Assembly: GCA_051294375.1 (NCBI GenBank)
Contig: CM119269.1
Location: 5,692,050-5,756,049 of the forward strand
Length of the DNA: 64,000 nucleotides
From: Paraspadella gotoi
Taxonomy: Eukaryota > Animalia > Chaetognatha
Direction of reading: 5' to 3'
The notes beneath the pieces are model-generated. The model was not told the DNA's origin. It saw only the letters and a list, made by a program, of their open reading frames with translations, and ran no database searches. Made by a program: the position numbers and the translations under genes. Shown one piece after another: positions 1 through 24,673 of the stretch. How positions within the stretch are numbered: position 1 is the first letter of the stretch; each line of letters begins with the position of its first letter.

Positions 1-289
1 GTGAGATCCCGCTGTGCTGACTGCTCAGCCGGTATTAAAACCAAATGCTTCTGTAATTCGTCTATGACTACGGCGTGAGACTGCCCACGGCCACGCCCAC
101 GGCGGATTTGTGAAAATTTATACAGTTTAAATTAAACAACATTAGTTTCTAGGGTGACCCCGCCTCAAAAATAAAAATAGAATTCACAGTATTACGACCT
201 TTAAACCCAAAAGGGACGCACAGTTTCCCTGTTGACAAAATTCTAGGGACCCTTGAGGGAGGGTGATCGCTTCGAGTAAGGAAATGAAA

Positions 290-370
<81 letters not shown>

Positions 371-487
371 GGACATTCGATGACGTCAGCTATTTTGAAG
401 TCGTCACAGTCAAAAGCTTCGGCGTCAAAATCGTTTCCGACGAACAACATTTTCTCGTCATAAACGTTTCTCCCTGCGGCGACATAA

Positions 488-534
<47 letters not shown>

Positions 535-878
535 GTGTTCCCTATTTTTTTATACCCTCCTCCTAAGATAACTTAAGATTCGCTTTGTCTACCCTTACTT
601 TCCCGACCTTTACTCTTCTTTAAGACGACGTGTCCTTCAAACGTTTTTCCCATCCCATCTCCCTCCTTCCTCTTCCATCCCACACCCTCTCTCCTTTCCT
701 CCCCCTCCTCCCTCTTCTTCCTCCTCTTCCTCCCCGCCTCCCTCTTCCTCCCCCGCCTCCTCTTCGTCTGAAGCCTCCCCCGCTTCGACTGCCTCGATTT
801 ATCCCCCGCGTTCTCCTCTTCCTTTTTCTCGAGGACCCGTTCGTTAGATGGCGCTCCTTTACTCCGCCCACTTCCGGT

Positions 879-948
<70 letters not shown>

Positions 949-1064
949 ATTATTTTTCATTCATACATTCCCATTCTCGATTCCTTCTTTCGTCTTCATA
1001 CATAAATTATGTATGTCAATTTCCATGTCAGTGACCATGTTTTCTCACTCCCTCTCTCTCCTCT

Positions 1065-1136
<72 letters not shown>

Positions 1137-1327
1137 TTCTCTCTCTACTGTGCTGCCCTCGCATCTGTGTACTTGGAAGGAAAGTTGCCCAGTATTTTTC
1201 CTCCCTCCTCTGTAAGCCACCTGTTTTTTTTCTCCTCCTTTGATCGTCCTCCTCCTCCCTCGTTTTCTCTCCTCCTCTCCTCCTCCTACTCCTCCCTCGC
1301 CCGCGCCTCCCACTCGCGCCTCTCTCT

Positions 1328-1398
<71 letters not shown>

Positions 1399-3704
1399 GC
1401 TATTCGTTCTCATTTTTGTCTCTCATCTCTTTCTCTCTCTCTGTTTTTTATTTTATTTTCTTTATTTTTTTTCTCGCTTTGGTCTCTCGCGCGTCGGTCT
1501 TCGTGCTCCGGATCGCGCACGCGCTCAACCTGCTCGGGCGCGGTTTTTTTTTTTCTTCTCTCTCGTGCTGTGATAAACTCGCGTGCCTCGACTCGCGCCG
1601 CTTATTTTTCATCTTTGATCACGCGAGAACGAAGGGTGTCCCCCAACAAGAATTTTTACCCAGTTCACAATCACATGAATGATTTTTTTTTCCCCTTTCC
1701 ATTGATAATTAACAAACAAAAAATTTTAAACCCTTTCTGCGCGTTAAAATAAGTTTATCCCGCCTACAAACGTGTCATCTTCTATTGTGACCCGGTGGAT
1801 CTTTGACCCTCAGGTGTTGAGATCGATCCCTACCTACCTACCTACCTACCTACTTACCTACCTACTTACCTACCTACCTACCTACCTCCCTATCGGTACC
1901 TACTCGCGTGATGACAGCCGTAAACTACCTTGTGGGCGGGAAAAACCTTCCAAGCCTGGTTCATGTCTGTTCTTTCATGTCTGTTCTTGTCTGTCCTTTT
2001 TGTTCTCTGTCATCTCTACTAATTCGCTGTTATAAAAATACATCGCCGCAATTTTCACCCATTTTCACTCATTTAAGCCGCTGGCAGAAAAGGGAAATCG
2101 GAATGATTTTATTTCTATTTTGATCGTAGTAATGTAATGTTATACAGTAAAATGTAACATGATCATAATCGTCATTTTCTTTCTGTTTTTCTCTCCTTCT
2201 TTCTCTCTCTTTCTTTGCTTTTTTTTTTTTTTTTTGCTTTTCAATAGCACTACTGATAAATTCGAAATTTTTATTCCGGCAGCTTTTCGAGCCGCGGGCG
2301 GCTTGAAGCAGACTCGTACCTTCACTCAGTGGGAGCAAAAAAACTTTGCAGCTACAAAAGTAACGCCGTAGCGCGCTACCCCTAAAAATTATCTTACTAA
2401 AAATAAACTATTTGCAAAAAAACAAAACTAAAAAAACAAACAAAACAAACCCCAAAACAAACAAACTTAAAAAAAAACGATTCACCTGTTCAGCCTCTCT
2501 TATATCTATCTCCTACAACTTCTTCCGCTACTAATACAAAACGTTCGCCCCCCCAAAAAAAAATTTGAATAAAAATAATTTAAAAAATCACCAAATTTCA
2601 CGAATTTAGAGCAGGACACACTGTCTTCAACTTTTCCGCGCTTTAGATTTCTTCCTTTCGCGACATTTTGTTACATTTTAAAATTTTAAAATACATTTTT
2701 TCCTACTTGATGTTCAAGCCTTTCCCTCGCGCATTTATTATTCTTTTGTGATAAACTGAAGCATTTTAATCAAAAACAATAAAAATACATTTGCTCATAA
2801 TTTTTGAGAGCGAAAAGATCAAAAAGAGAATAAAAAGCGAAAATCAAAAAACAAATCAAAAAAAAAAAAAAAAAAAATTAAGAAAAGAAAAATCAAAATT
2901 GAGCTCAAAAACAAAAAAAACTTTTACCAATTTAAAATCAAAATTTAAACCTCTGACATTGAATCAAAAACGGACCATAAACTTAAGAAAAAAAATCTTG
3001 CATGACCTTATTTTAAACCGCAATACACAGCGCGCCAAACTTGATATAAAAATTCATTCTCTTTTCACTCAAGAAGATTGAGTTGCTTGTATGACTAGAG
3101 AACAGGCTGGTCCTGAAAGGCTTTTTTTTCCTTTTTCAAAACAAAGTCAAAAATAGTAGTTGTTAGTTTTGCTTCGACTTTTGTCTTAAAACTTCTGGCG
3201 ACGTAAGAATCATCGCCGCATTTCTGGTGAGTCCTGGAAATACCACTGATAATTTCTTGTAAAAATAGATATATTCAACAATTTATTGTGTTTACGTATA
3301 CATACATCTTTATTTACTTTTCTATTTATATTTATCAAAACTATTCAATAAAGGGATTAATTTATTTTTACCTGATAAATAAATACAAACTGGAAAACGA
3401 AGCAAACAAAAATGTATTTTATAAATTACATTACATCTATTCGTTAATTGAATTTGATTTGATTTAACTGTAAATCATTTGATTCTGACTTTTTTAGGGT
3501 TGGATCTTTATAGATCAGTAAGTTATAAAGAGAATAATAACCAGCCTCTGACTTTGTGTTCCTTGGTTTGCACTGTATTAATTAACTTTAATGTTCTGTC
3601 ATGAACAATTAACGATTACTAATTCAAAATTGTCTGCAGACAAACATAAAGGAAGAGAAATTGCCGTTAAAGAACTGGCTGCACAATGGCTTCAAGAGAG
3701 AGAG

Positions 3705-3739
<35 letters not shown>

Positions 3740-3889
3740 AAGAGTCATGAAACAACTGGGCCGAAACGTTCGCGTTACGGACTTCACACCGGTACTGCCG
3801 CGATTGTGTCACGCTTCGTTACGCTGTCTGGTATGGCCTCAGATGTAAAGGGACAAACCTCTTTTTAAATTACGTTATTTGTCTATTAT

Positions 3890-4095
3890 GGCAACGGGAG
3901 GATAGCCTGTGATACCCGGGGCGCGGGGTATCTCACCAACTGGCGTAGGGGCTGCGGACCCTCAGTGACCGCCTCCTGTCACTGGCATGTTTATACCGGC
4001 ACCGTCACCTTTAAGCCAGAACCGGGATACCCAGGGATTGAACCCGGGACGCACAGATGGAATGAGATGATTTAGCCTGCTCAGCCATTGAGACG
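3890..4095 (-). mobile_element. tRNA-derived SINE-like element
   Basis: Minus strand reads an A-box-like TGGCTGAGCAGG, then B-box GGTTCAATCCC, then a non-tRNA body; part of the body recurs at ~4454-4530. Confidence 0.6.
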
Positions 4096-6919
4096 AGGCT
4101 GAGGACGGACAGCAGTGAGGCAGCTTTAAGTCTTGCTGCCACACTATAACCTTTTTATAATTGCTCTCTATAATTCTACTCTTATTATTTTCTCTCCCAT
4201 CTTTTCTTCTTTTGTATCTCTCACTATCGGTAGACAAGCAGCGATATCCCCGAGGGCATATTGTTTTGCTTTACAGACTTTCAGGGCTCGAACCTTTGAT
4301 TGCTGCCAAAAGTTGTGCTGCTGAAGGAGTAGTGGGGCATTATAATGTTCACCCGCATATATGCAAAACACCGCTAGTTGTTACACGGTGCCTCATTGAT
4401 TAAAGCTAACAGCTCAAGACAACTGGGTACTATGGAAACTGGAGGTTTGCCTGTGACCCTCAGTGACCGCCTCCTGACACTGGCATGTTTAGACCGGCTC
4501 CGTCGCATTTAAGCCAGAACAGGGATACCCAAGGATCCCCAAGGATCCCCAATGACCAAGCCCAGGACCTGTTCAATTCTGGGGAGTGGCGCTTAATGAC
4601 CGCAAAGTTACGAATCGTAGTTAGGGCCACTTAGCGCCATTGAGCGCCACTTAGCGCCTCATCCGCAAAGCCATTCAGTTTGACAATCGAAGGCCTTCAC
4701 CATTTTCTATTAAGAATAAAAATACTTATTTCTTCCTACGCAACATTTTTTTTTTGTTGAATTTTTCGATTATATTGACAATTTTTTTTCTCTTTTTATT
4801 TCCGCCCGCGGCCTTCCAGCTGCGATTCTTCTATTCGTTGGTCAAACACAAGAAAGAAGAAGCAAAGGAGAAAAAAATGAGAAAAAAAGGAATAAAAAGC
4901 TTATCGAATTTTTTTTCTCGTTCGGATGGTTGTAGTTGGGGAGGGGGGGGTGGGGGTTGGGGTAGGGGAAGAGGGTAAGGCAAGGGGAAAGGGGAGAGGA
5001 ACTGTAAGGGAGGAAATGAGGGAATTGGGAGGAGGGGCAAAGGCTAGGGGGTATGTCGGCGGGAGCAAAGTAGTGACAGTAATCAAACGTCGTAAAAAAA
5101 ATATGAGGATTTTTTTCAACGCGGTAAAGAGAAAGTTTTATTTGTCATAAATGACGCTGAGCAGTGAGCATTGAGCAATGGCTCTAACAATGGCTATGAC
5201 AGCAAATTGAGAAAACTATGGCCACTGGCCATTGGCCAGACGTTACTACGTTTTCGTTGAAGGGGGAAATCGTGATACAACTGTGGAAAAGAGCGAAACA
5301 TAATATTGACGCAATGGAAAATAAGAACGGTAATTCCAATGGGTTGTGCCGCAGAGACTTTTTTATCACGTAAATCTCTGGTTAATCTAATGACTACATA
5401 ATTATAAAATATCTGTATGTAGTCGGGAATTGCCTAAGTTCACCCCGCCTATAAGCATGAAGCTTTCAGTTGTGACCATGTCGCTCATTGAGTCCGTAAA
5501 GACCGTAAAGGCCGTAAACACCCAAGCCTTATTGCAAGCCCTGGTCCCGTTCCATCGCTGCTGAGGCGGCATATAAGTTATAGAAATCTGCAGCCCACCT
5601 ACCGCCTTATTCACAATGGTAGATAACTTATATATCACTTATCACAACTAAACCAAATACTATACGAAATAAGCTGTGATTGTAAAAACCCGCTCTATTT
5701 ATCTGTATATCTGTTTCTCTGTCTGTGTTTGTGTCTATTTGTCTGTCTGTCTTTCTCTCTCACTCTCTTGTTTTTATTTTTCTTTATAGAGAAACGATTT
5801 ATTGAGAAAAGACCGAATTCGGCGACTTCCAAAATAGATCCAACTGAGACGACAGAACAGACTGAATGTTGTCCGTCTTTGCCGATGCAATGCCATTTCA
5901 TTGCGGTTCCATTGCCATTGCAAAAAACGCAAGACGGAGGGTGACTCCTGCGGAAATCACGTGATCTGTTTGTCACTATCAAAACTTGCGTAATGGTCGA
6001 GAGAGAAATCACTGATAGCTTCCGGCGTGACAACGTGGCGTTCCAGGGGTGTGGCAACGTGGCAGAGTAGTAGAAGCCTTGCGTGACTTACACGTTTATC
6101 GTTTGCTTCTTGCGAGCTTGTTAGTTTAACAAAAAAGGCGATCAAGACGCATGATCGAAAATTTCATTTTTTTCTCAATTTAAAATTCTAGTTGAGATTT
6201 TGTGATGAAAAATAAATTTAAGGGAATGGTCAGACTGGTTAAACGTAAGAGTTGAAAAGCAAAAAAAGAAATCAAAATAGGAAAGGAATAAAAAACTAAA
6301 AGTTTCTGACTGCGACGACATTGGACAAAAAGTTCGAGAATCTTAGAAAAAAGACTAAACGTTACTGAGATAAAATAATTATCTATACTATATATAATAT
6401 ATATATATTATATATACTGTACAATATACTTTACTAATAATATAATTTATAGGAAAGAAAAACCTACTTTACCAAAACTTTAATGGCTGATGGAGTATTT
6501 ATTAGCTACCTGCGCTTACATGCCCGTTATAGAATTAGATTGTTATTTTTTTTATAATCTAAGCCAATTTCTAGTTCGTTCACAGGATTTCTTTGTACGC
6601 GCGGTAATTACATCATTCAAAAAAAAAAAAAAAAAAAGCATTCAATTAAGTTTGCGACGGAAGAATCAATTTCCCCTTTATTCACCGATTTTTTCTTCTT
6701 CTTTTTTTTTTCCTCTTCTTGATTTTCTTTGTTCTTTTTTTTTCTTCCCCGTTATCATCGATCTTTCTTTTTTTTTTTTAAATTTTTTCTTGGTTTCCCT
6801 TAATCATTTCACCTCTTTCCCCAGATACTTCTCTTCTTCCAGCAGACTTCCCACTTCCGTCCTTTCTTTTATTTTTCCCTCCTTGTCTTCCCCTTTTTTA
6901 CAATCACTTCTTCTCTTCT

Positions 6920-7405
6920 TTCCCTTTCTCTCCCTGCTTCCCTTCCTCTCTTTTTTCCTTTCTCTCTCCACGCCTCTCTCCCTCTCTTTTCTCTTTTCTC
7001 TCCACGCCTCCCTTCCTCTCTTTTTCCCTTTCTCTCCCTGCCTCCCTCCCTCTCTCATCACTTTTCTCTCCATGCCTCTCTTTTCCCTTTTCTATCTCTT
7101 CCTCCTGCCTCTCTCATTCCTTTTCTCTCTATGCGTCCCTCTTTTCTCTTTCTCTCCACGCCTCCCTTCCTCTCTTTTCCCTTTTTTTCTCCCTGCCTCC
7201 CTGCCTCTCTTTTCCCTTTTCTCTCCCTGCCTCCCTCCCTCTCTCATCCCTTTTCTCTCCCTGCTTCCCTACCTCTCTTTCCCCTTTCTCTCCTGTCTCC
7301 CTCCCTCTCTCATCCCTTTTCTCTCCCTGCTTCCCTACCTCTCTTTTCCCCTTTCTCTCCCTGTCTCCCTCCCTCTCTCATCCCTTTTCTCTCCCTGCTT
7401 CCCTT
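6920..7405. repeat. Polypyrimidine minisatellite (~29-31-bp units; duplicated at ~12440-13080)
   Basis: Recurrent CCTTTTCTCTCCCTGC(T/C)TCCCT(A/C)CCTCTCT units. Confidence 0.75.
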
Positions 7406-9436
7406 ACCACCTGCTACCTACTCGCCATCGGGGTACCGGGGTGGCGGGCGGAGTCTGTGCGCCGGTGGATACAGCCGTAAATACCTTGTGGCGGGAAAAC
7501 CTTCCAAAGCCTGGTTTCATGTCTGTTTTATTTCATGTCTGGTTCTTGTCTGTCCTTTTTGTTCTCTGTCATCTCTACTAATTCGCTGTTATAAAAAAAA
7601 TACATCGCGCAATTTCTCACCCATTTCACTCATTTAAGCGCTGGCAGAAAAGGAAATCGAATGATTTATTTCTTATTTATCCGTATTTAATGTAAATGTT
7701 ATTACAGTAAAATGTAACATGATCATAATCGTCATTTTCTTTCTGTTTTCTCTCCTTCTTTCTCTCTCTTCTTTGCTTTTTTTTTTTTTTTTGCTTTCAA
7801 TAGCAATACTGATAAATTCGAAATTTTTATTCCGGCAGCTTTTCGAGCCGCGGGCGGCTTGAAGCAGACTCCGTACCTTCACTCAGTGGGAGCAAAAAAA
7901 CTGTTGCAGCTACAAAAGTAACGCTCCGTAGCGCGCTACCCCCTAAAAATTTATCCTTACTAAAATAAACTATTTGCAAAAAACAAAACTAAAAAAACAA
8001 CAAACACAAACCCCAAAACAAACAAACTTAAAAAAAACGATTCACCGTTCAGCCGTCTCTTATATCTATCTCACAACTTCTTCGCTACTAATACAAAACG
8101 TCGCCCCCCAAAAAAAATTTGAATAAAAAATAATTTAAAAATCACCAAATTTCACGAATTAGGCAGGCACACTGTCTTCAACTTTTCCCGCTTTAGATTT
8201 CTGTCCTTTCGCGACATTTGTACAGTTTAAAATTTTAAATACATTTTTCCTACTTGATGTTCAAGCCTTTTCCCTCGCGCATTTATTATTCTTTTGTGAT
8301 AAACTGAAGCATTTTAATCAAAAACAATAAAAATACATTTGCTCATAATTTTTGAGAGCGAAAAATCAAAAGAGAATAAAAAGCCGAAAATCAAAAAACA
8401 ATCAAAAAAAAAAAAAAAAATAAATAGAAAGAAAAATGCAAAATTGAGCTCAAAAACAAGAAAAAACTTTACCCAATTTAAAATCAAAAATTTAAACCTC
8501 TGACATTGAATCCAAAAACGGACCATAAACTTAAGGAAAAAAAATCTTGCATGACCTTATTTTAAACCGCAATACACAGCGCGCCAAACTTGATCATAAA
8601 AATTCATTCTCTTCACTCAAGAAGATTGAGTTGCTTGTATGAACTAGAGAACAGCTGGTCCTGAAAGGCTTTTTTTCCTTTTTCAAACAAAGCAAAAATA
8701 GTAGTTGTTAGTTTTGCTTCGACTTTTGTCTTAAAACTTCTGGCGATCGTAGAATCATCGCCGCATTGTCTGGTGAGTCCTGGAAATACCACTGATAATT
8801 TCTTGTAAAAAATAGATATATTCAAACAATTTATTGTGTTTACCGTTATATCATCATCTTTATTTACTTTTTCTATTATTTTCATCAAAACTATTCAATA
8901 AGGATTAATTTATTTTTACCTTGAATAAATAAATACAAACTGGAAAACGAAGCAAAACAAAAATGTATTTTATAAATTACGCATTACATCTATTCGTTAA
9001 TTGAAATTTGATTTGATTAACTGTAATCATTGATTTCTGACTTTTTTAGGGTTGGATCTTTATAGATCAGTAAGTTATAAAGAGAATAATAAACCAGCTC
9101 TGACTTGTGTTCCTTGGTTTGCACTGTATTAATTAACTTTAATGTTCTGTCATGAACATTAACGATTACTATTCAAAATTGTCTGCAGACAAACATAGGA
9201 AGAGAAATTGCCGTTAAAGAACTGCTGCACAATGGCTTCAAGAGAGGAGAGAGAGAAAGAAGAGAGAAGAGAGAAGAGACAGAAGATCATGAAACAACTG
9301 GCCGAAACGTTCGCGTTACGGACTTCACACCGCGTACTGCCGGATTGTGTCACGCTTCTGTTACGCTGTTCTGGTAGGCCTTCAGATTTAAAGGGACAAA
9401 CCTCTTTTTTAAATTACGTTATTTGTCTTATTATGG

Positions 9437-9627
9437 CAACGGGAGGATAGCCTGTGATACCCCGGGCGCGGGGTATCTCACCAACTGGCGTAGGGGCTGC
9501 GGACCCTCAGTGACCGCCTCCTGTCACTGGCATTACCCTCGCCTTAGCCAGAACCGGGATACCCAGGGATTGAACCCGGGACGCACAGATGGAATGAGAT
9601 GATTAGCCTGCTCAGCCATTGACACGA
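9437..9627 (-). mobile_element. tRNA-derived SINE-like element (copy within the tandem duplication)
   Basis: Same sequence as 3890-4095 with small deletions. Confidence 0.55.
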
Positions 9628-12600
9628 GGCTGAGGACGGACAGCATGAGGCAGCTTTAAGTCTTGCTGCCACACTATAACCTTTTTATAATTGCTCTCTA
9701 TAATTCTACTCTTATTATTTTCTCTCCATCTTTTCTTCTTTTGTATCTCTCACTATCGGTAGACAAGCAGCGATATCCCCGAGGGCATATTGTTTTGCTT
9801 TACAGACTTTCAGGGCTCGAACCTTTGATTGCTGCCAAAAGTTGTGCTGCTGAAGAGTAGTGGGGCATTATAATGTTCACCCGCATATATGCAAAACACC
9901 GCTAGTTGTTACACGGTGCCCTCATTGATTAAAGCTAACAGCTCAAGACAACTGGGTACTATGGAAACTGGAGTTTGCCTGTGACCCTCAGTGACCGCCT
10001 CCTGACACTGGCATGTTTAGACCGGCTCGTCGCCATTTAAGCCAGAACAGGGATACCCAAGGATCCCCAAAGGATCCCCAATGACACAAGCCCAGGACCT
10101 GTTCAATTCTGGGGAGTGGCGCTTAATGACCGCAAAGTTACGAATCGTAGTTAGGGCCACTTTAGCGCCATTGAGCGCCACTTAGCGCCTCATCCGCAAA
10201 GCCATTCAGTTTGACAATCGAAGGCCTTCACCATTTTCTATTAAGAATAAAAATACTTATTTCTTCCTACGCAACATTTTTTTTTTGTTGAATTTTTCGA
10301 TTATATTGACAATTTTTTTTCTCTTTTTATTTCCGCCCGCGGCCTTCCAGCTGCGATTCTTCTATTCGTTGGTCAAACACAAAGAAAAGAAGAAGCAAAG
10401 GAGAAAAAAATGAGAAAAAAAAGGAATAAAAAGCTTTCGAATTTTTTTCTCGTTCGGATGGTTGTAGTTGGGAGGGGGGGGTGGGGTTGGGTAGGGAAGA
10501 GGGTAAGGCAAGGGAAAGGGGAGAGGAACTTGTAAGGGAGGAAATGAGGGAATTGGGAGGAGGGGCAAAGGCTAGGGGGTATGTCGGCGGGAGCAAAGTA
10601 GTGACAGTAATCAAACGTCGTAAAAAAAATATGAGGATTTTTTTCAACGCGGTAAAGAGAAAGTTTTATTTGTCATAAATGACGCTGAGCAGTGAGCATT
10701 GAGCAATGGCTCTAACAATGGCTATGACAGCAAATTGAGAAACTATGGCCACTGGCCATTGGCCAGACGTTACTACGTTTTCGTTGAAGGGGGAAATCGT
10801 GATACAACTGTGGAAAAGAGCGAAACATAATATTGACGCAATGAAAATAAGAACGGTAATTCCAATGGTTGTGCCGCAGAGACTTTTTTTATCAGCGTAA
10901 ATCTCTGGTTAATCTAATGACTACATAATTATAAAATATCTGTATGTAGTCGGGAAATTGCCTAAGTACACCCCGCCTATAAGCATGAAGCTTTCAGTTG
11001 TGACCATGTCGCTCATTGAGTCCGTAAAGACCGTAAAGCGCCGTAAACACCAAGCCTTATTGCAAGCCCTGGTCCCGTTCCATCGCTGCTGAGGCGGCAT
11101 ATAAGTTATAGAAATCTGCAGCCCACCTACCGCCTTATTCACAATGGTAGATAACTTATATATCACTTATCACAACTAAACCAAATACTATACGAAATAA
11201 GCTGTGATTGTAAAAACCCGCTCTATTTATCTGTATATCTGTTTCTCTGTCTGTGTTTTGTGTCTATTTGTCTGTCTGTCTTTCTCTCTCACTCTCTTGT
11301 TTTATTTTTCTTTATAGAGAAACGATTTATTGAGAAAAGACCGAATTCGGCGACTTCCAAAATAGATCCAACTGAGACGACAGAACAGACTGAATGTTGT
11401 CCGTCTTTGCGATGCAATGCCATTTCATTGCGGTTCCATTGCCATTGCAAAAAACGCAAGACGGAGGGTGACTCCTGCGGAAATCACGTGATCTGTTTGT
11501 CACATATCAAAACTTGCGTAATGGTCGAGAGAGAAATCACTGATAGCTTCCGGCGTGACAACGTGGCGTTCCAGGGTGTGGCAACGTGGCAGAGTAGTAG
11601 AAGCCTTGCGTGACTTACACGTTTATCGTTTGCTTCTTGCGAGGCTTGTTAGTTTAACAAAAAAGGCGATCAAGACGCATGATCGAAAATTTCATTTTTT
11701 TCTCAATTTAAAATTCTAGTTGAGATTTTGTGATGAAAAATAAATTTAAGGGAATGGTCAGACTGGTTAAACGTAAGAGTTGAAAAGCAAAAAAAGAAAT
11801 CAAAAATAGGAAAGGAATAAAAACTAAAAAGTTTCTGACTGCGACGACATTGGACAAAAAGTTCGAGAATCTTAGAAAAAGACTAAACGTTACTGAGATA
11901 AAATAATTATCTATACTATATATAATATATATATATTATATATACTGTACAATATACTTTACTAATAATATAATTTATAGGAAAGAAAACTACTTTACCA
12001 AAACTTTAATGGCTGATGGAGTATTTATTAGCTACCTGCGCTTCATGCCCGTTATAGAATTAGATTGTTATTTTTTTATAATCTAAGCCAATTTCTAGTT
12101 CGTTCACAGGATTTCTTTGTACGCGCGGTATTACATCATTCAAAAAAAAAAAAAAAAAAAAGCATTCAATTAAGTTTGCGACGAAGAATCAATTCCCCTT
12201 TATTCACCGATTTTTTCTTCTTTTTTTTTCCTCTTCTTGATTTTCTTTGTTCTTTTTTTTCTTCCCCGTTATCATCGATCTTTCTTTTTTTTTTAAATTT
12301 TTTCTTGGTTTCCCTAATCATTTCACCTCTTTCCCCAGATACTTCTCTTCTTCCAGCAGACTTCCCACTTCCGTCCTTTCTTTTATTTTTCCCTCCTTGT
12401 CTTCCCCTTTTTTACAAATCACTTCTTCTCTTCTTTCCCTTCTCTCCTGCTTCCTCCCTCTTTTTCCTTCTCTCTCCACGCCTCCTCCCTCTCTTTCTCT
12501 TTCTCTCCACGCCTCCCTTCCTCTCTTTTTCCTTTCTCTCCCTGCCTCCTCCCTCTCTCATCACTTTTCTCTCCATGCCTCTCTTTTCCTTTTCTATCTC

Positions 12601-13660
12601 TTTCCTCCGCCTCTCTCATTCCTTTTCTCTCTATGCGTCCTCTTTTCTCTTTCTCTCCACGCTCCCTCCTCTCTTTTCCCTTTTTTCTCCCTGCCTCCGC
12701 TGCCTCTCTTTCCTTCTCTCCCTCCTCCCTCCCTCTCATCCTTTCTCTCTGTCTACCTCCTTTCCCTTTCTCTCCTGTCTCCTCCCTCTCTCATCCCTTT
12801 CTCTCCCTGCTTCCCTACCTCTCTTTCCCTTTCTCTCCCTGTCTCCCTCCCTCTCTCATCCTTTTCTCCCTGCTTCCCTACCTCTCTTTTCCCCTTTCTC
12901 TCCCTGTCTCCCTCCCTCTTCTCCCTTTTCTCTCCCTGCTTCCCTACCTCTCTTTTCCCCTTCTCTCCCTGCCTCCCTCCTCTCTCATCCTTTTCTCTCC
13001 CTGCTCCCTCCCTCTCTTTCCCCTTTTCCCTCCCTGTCTCCCTCCCTCTATTTTCCTCTCTTCCTTCCTCTCCCCTACTTTCCTTCCTAAATCCCCTTTC
13101 CCTCCTTCCTACCCTCTCCTCTCGATCATTCTTTTTCTAATCCTTCCCCACCCCACCCCACCCGCCCTACCCCTCCCCTCTCCCCCCTCCCCGTACCTCC
13201 TCCTCCTACTCAGGTCAGCGCCATCTTCCGTTTCCGATTCCGCGTTGCATGAGAGAGACCGACCGAACCGAATTCCGGCGCNNNNNNNNNNNNNNNNNNN
13301 NNNNNNGTCGCCTCTTCGTTCTCGACGCCGGACGAACTTCTCCCGCTTCGATTGAAGCAACGACAGAGATTGACTTTTCTCTTCGACTCCCTTTACGTCC
13401 CTTCGACTTCCTTCTCTTTTCTCTATCTCCAGTTTCTTTTTCATCCCTCCCTCTTTTCCCTCTTATCCTCTCTTTTCCCTTTTATCCTCTCTCAACATCT
13501 CTCTCGCGCTTTCTACATGTCGGCGAGACTGACTTGTCTCTTTCCTCATCCTTTCTCGTCTGACCTCGATGACCTTCGACCTTCGATCTCCGATCCCGCC
13601 AATCACGTGACCCATCTCTAATCACGTGACCATTATCCCACGCCCACTCGACCCTCGACC

Positions 13661-24128
<10,468 letters not shown>

Positions 24129-24618
24129 ATCGGCGACGCCCTCTTTTTCGCGCGGGAGGCGGCTTCACCCCGTCATCTCCATGGCGACGTAATTCGCAGT
24201 GACGTCATTCCACGGGTGAAATTATCGTCGTCGTCCACCGTCGCGCGAATTTTTTTTTCGGCGATAGTGAAAACTTTATCGACCGCGAACAGACATGGTG
24301 GCTGCGGCGGCGGCGGCGGTGGCGGCGGCGGCGGCGCGGGCGTCAAAAGTGACTTAATTCGACGAAAGCCTCGTCGATCAATTGACGTCATCGTCGAGCG
24401 GGTTCGTGATAAAATATGAGAGAGAGAGAGAGAGAGGGAGAAAGAGAGAGAGAGAGAGAGATGGCATAAAATTTTTAAAGAATTTTGATTTTTACTCACC
24501 TTTGTTCAAAAGACAGAATTGAAATAAAAATAAAATAAACAAAATCGACAGGGAGTGGGCGGTTATCGAAAAATACCTTGCTGATAAAATTATATATATC
24601 TCTCTCAACATTCCGCCC

Positions 24619-24673
<55 letters not shown>

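Larger units (their letters stand above)
1913..13000. repeat. ~5.5-kb tandem duplication (copy 1 ~1913-7400, copy 2 ~7470-13000)
   Basis: Colinear near-identical sequence starting ACAGCCGTAAA(C)TACCTTGTGG at ~1915 and ~7471; differences are mostly 1-bp indels. Confidence 0.93.

Noticed and set aside
4025-4095. Functional tRNA gene
   Set aside because: A/B-box-like motifs are present but I could not form acceptor and anticodon stems; treated as a SINE head.
149-13140. Long ORFs such as 6490-7581, 12065-13090 and the many SLSL/ERER ORFs
   Set aside because: They are translations of (CT)n and polypyrimidine repeats that lack stops by composition, and the frames are not conserved between the duplicated copies.
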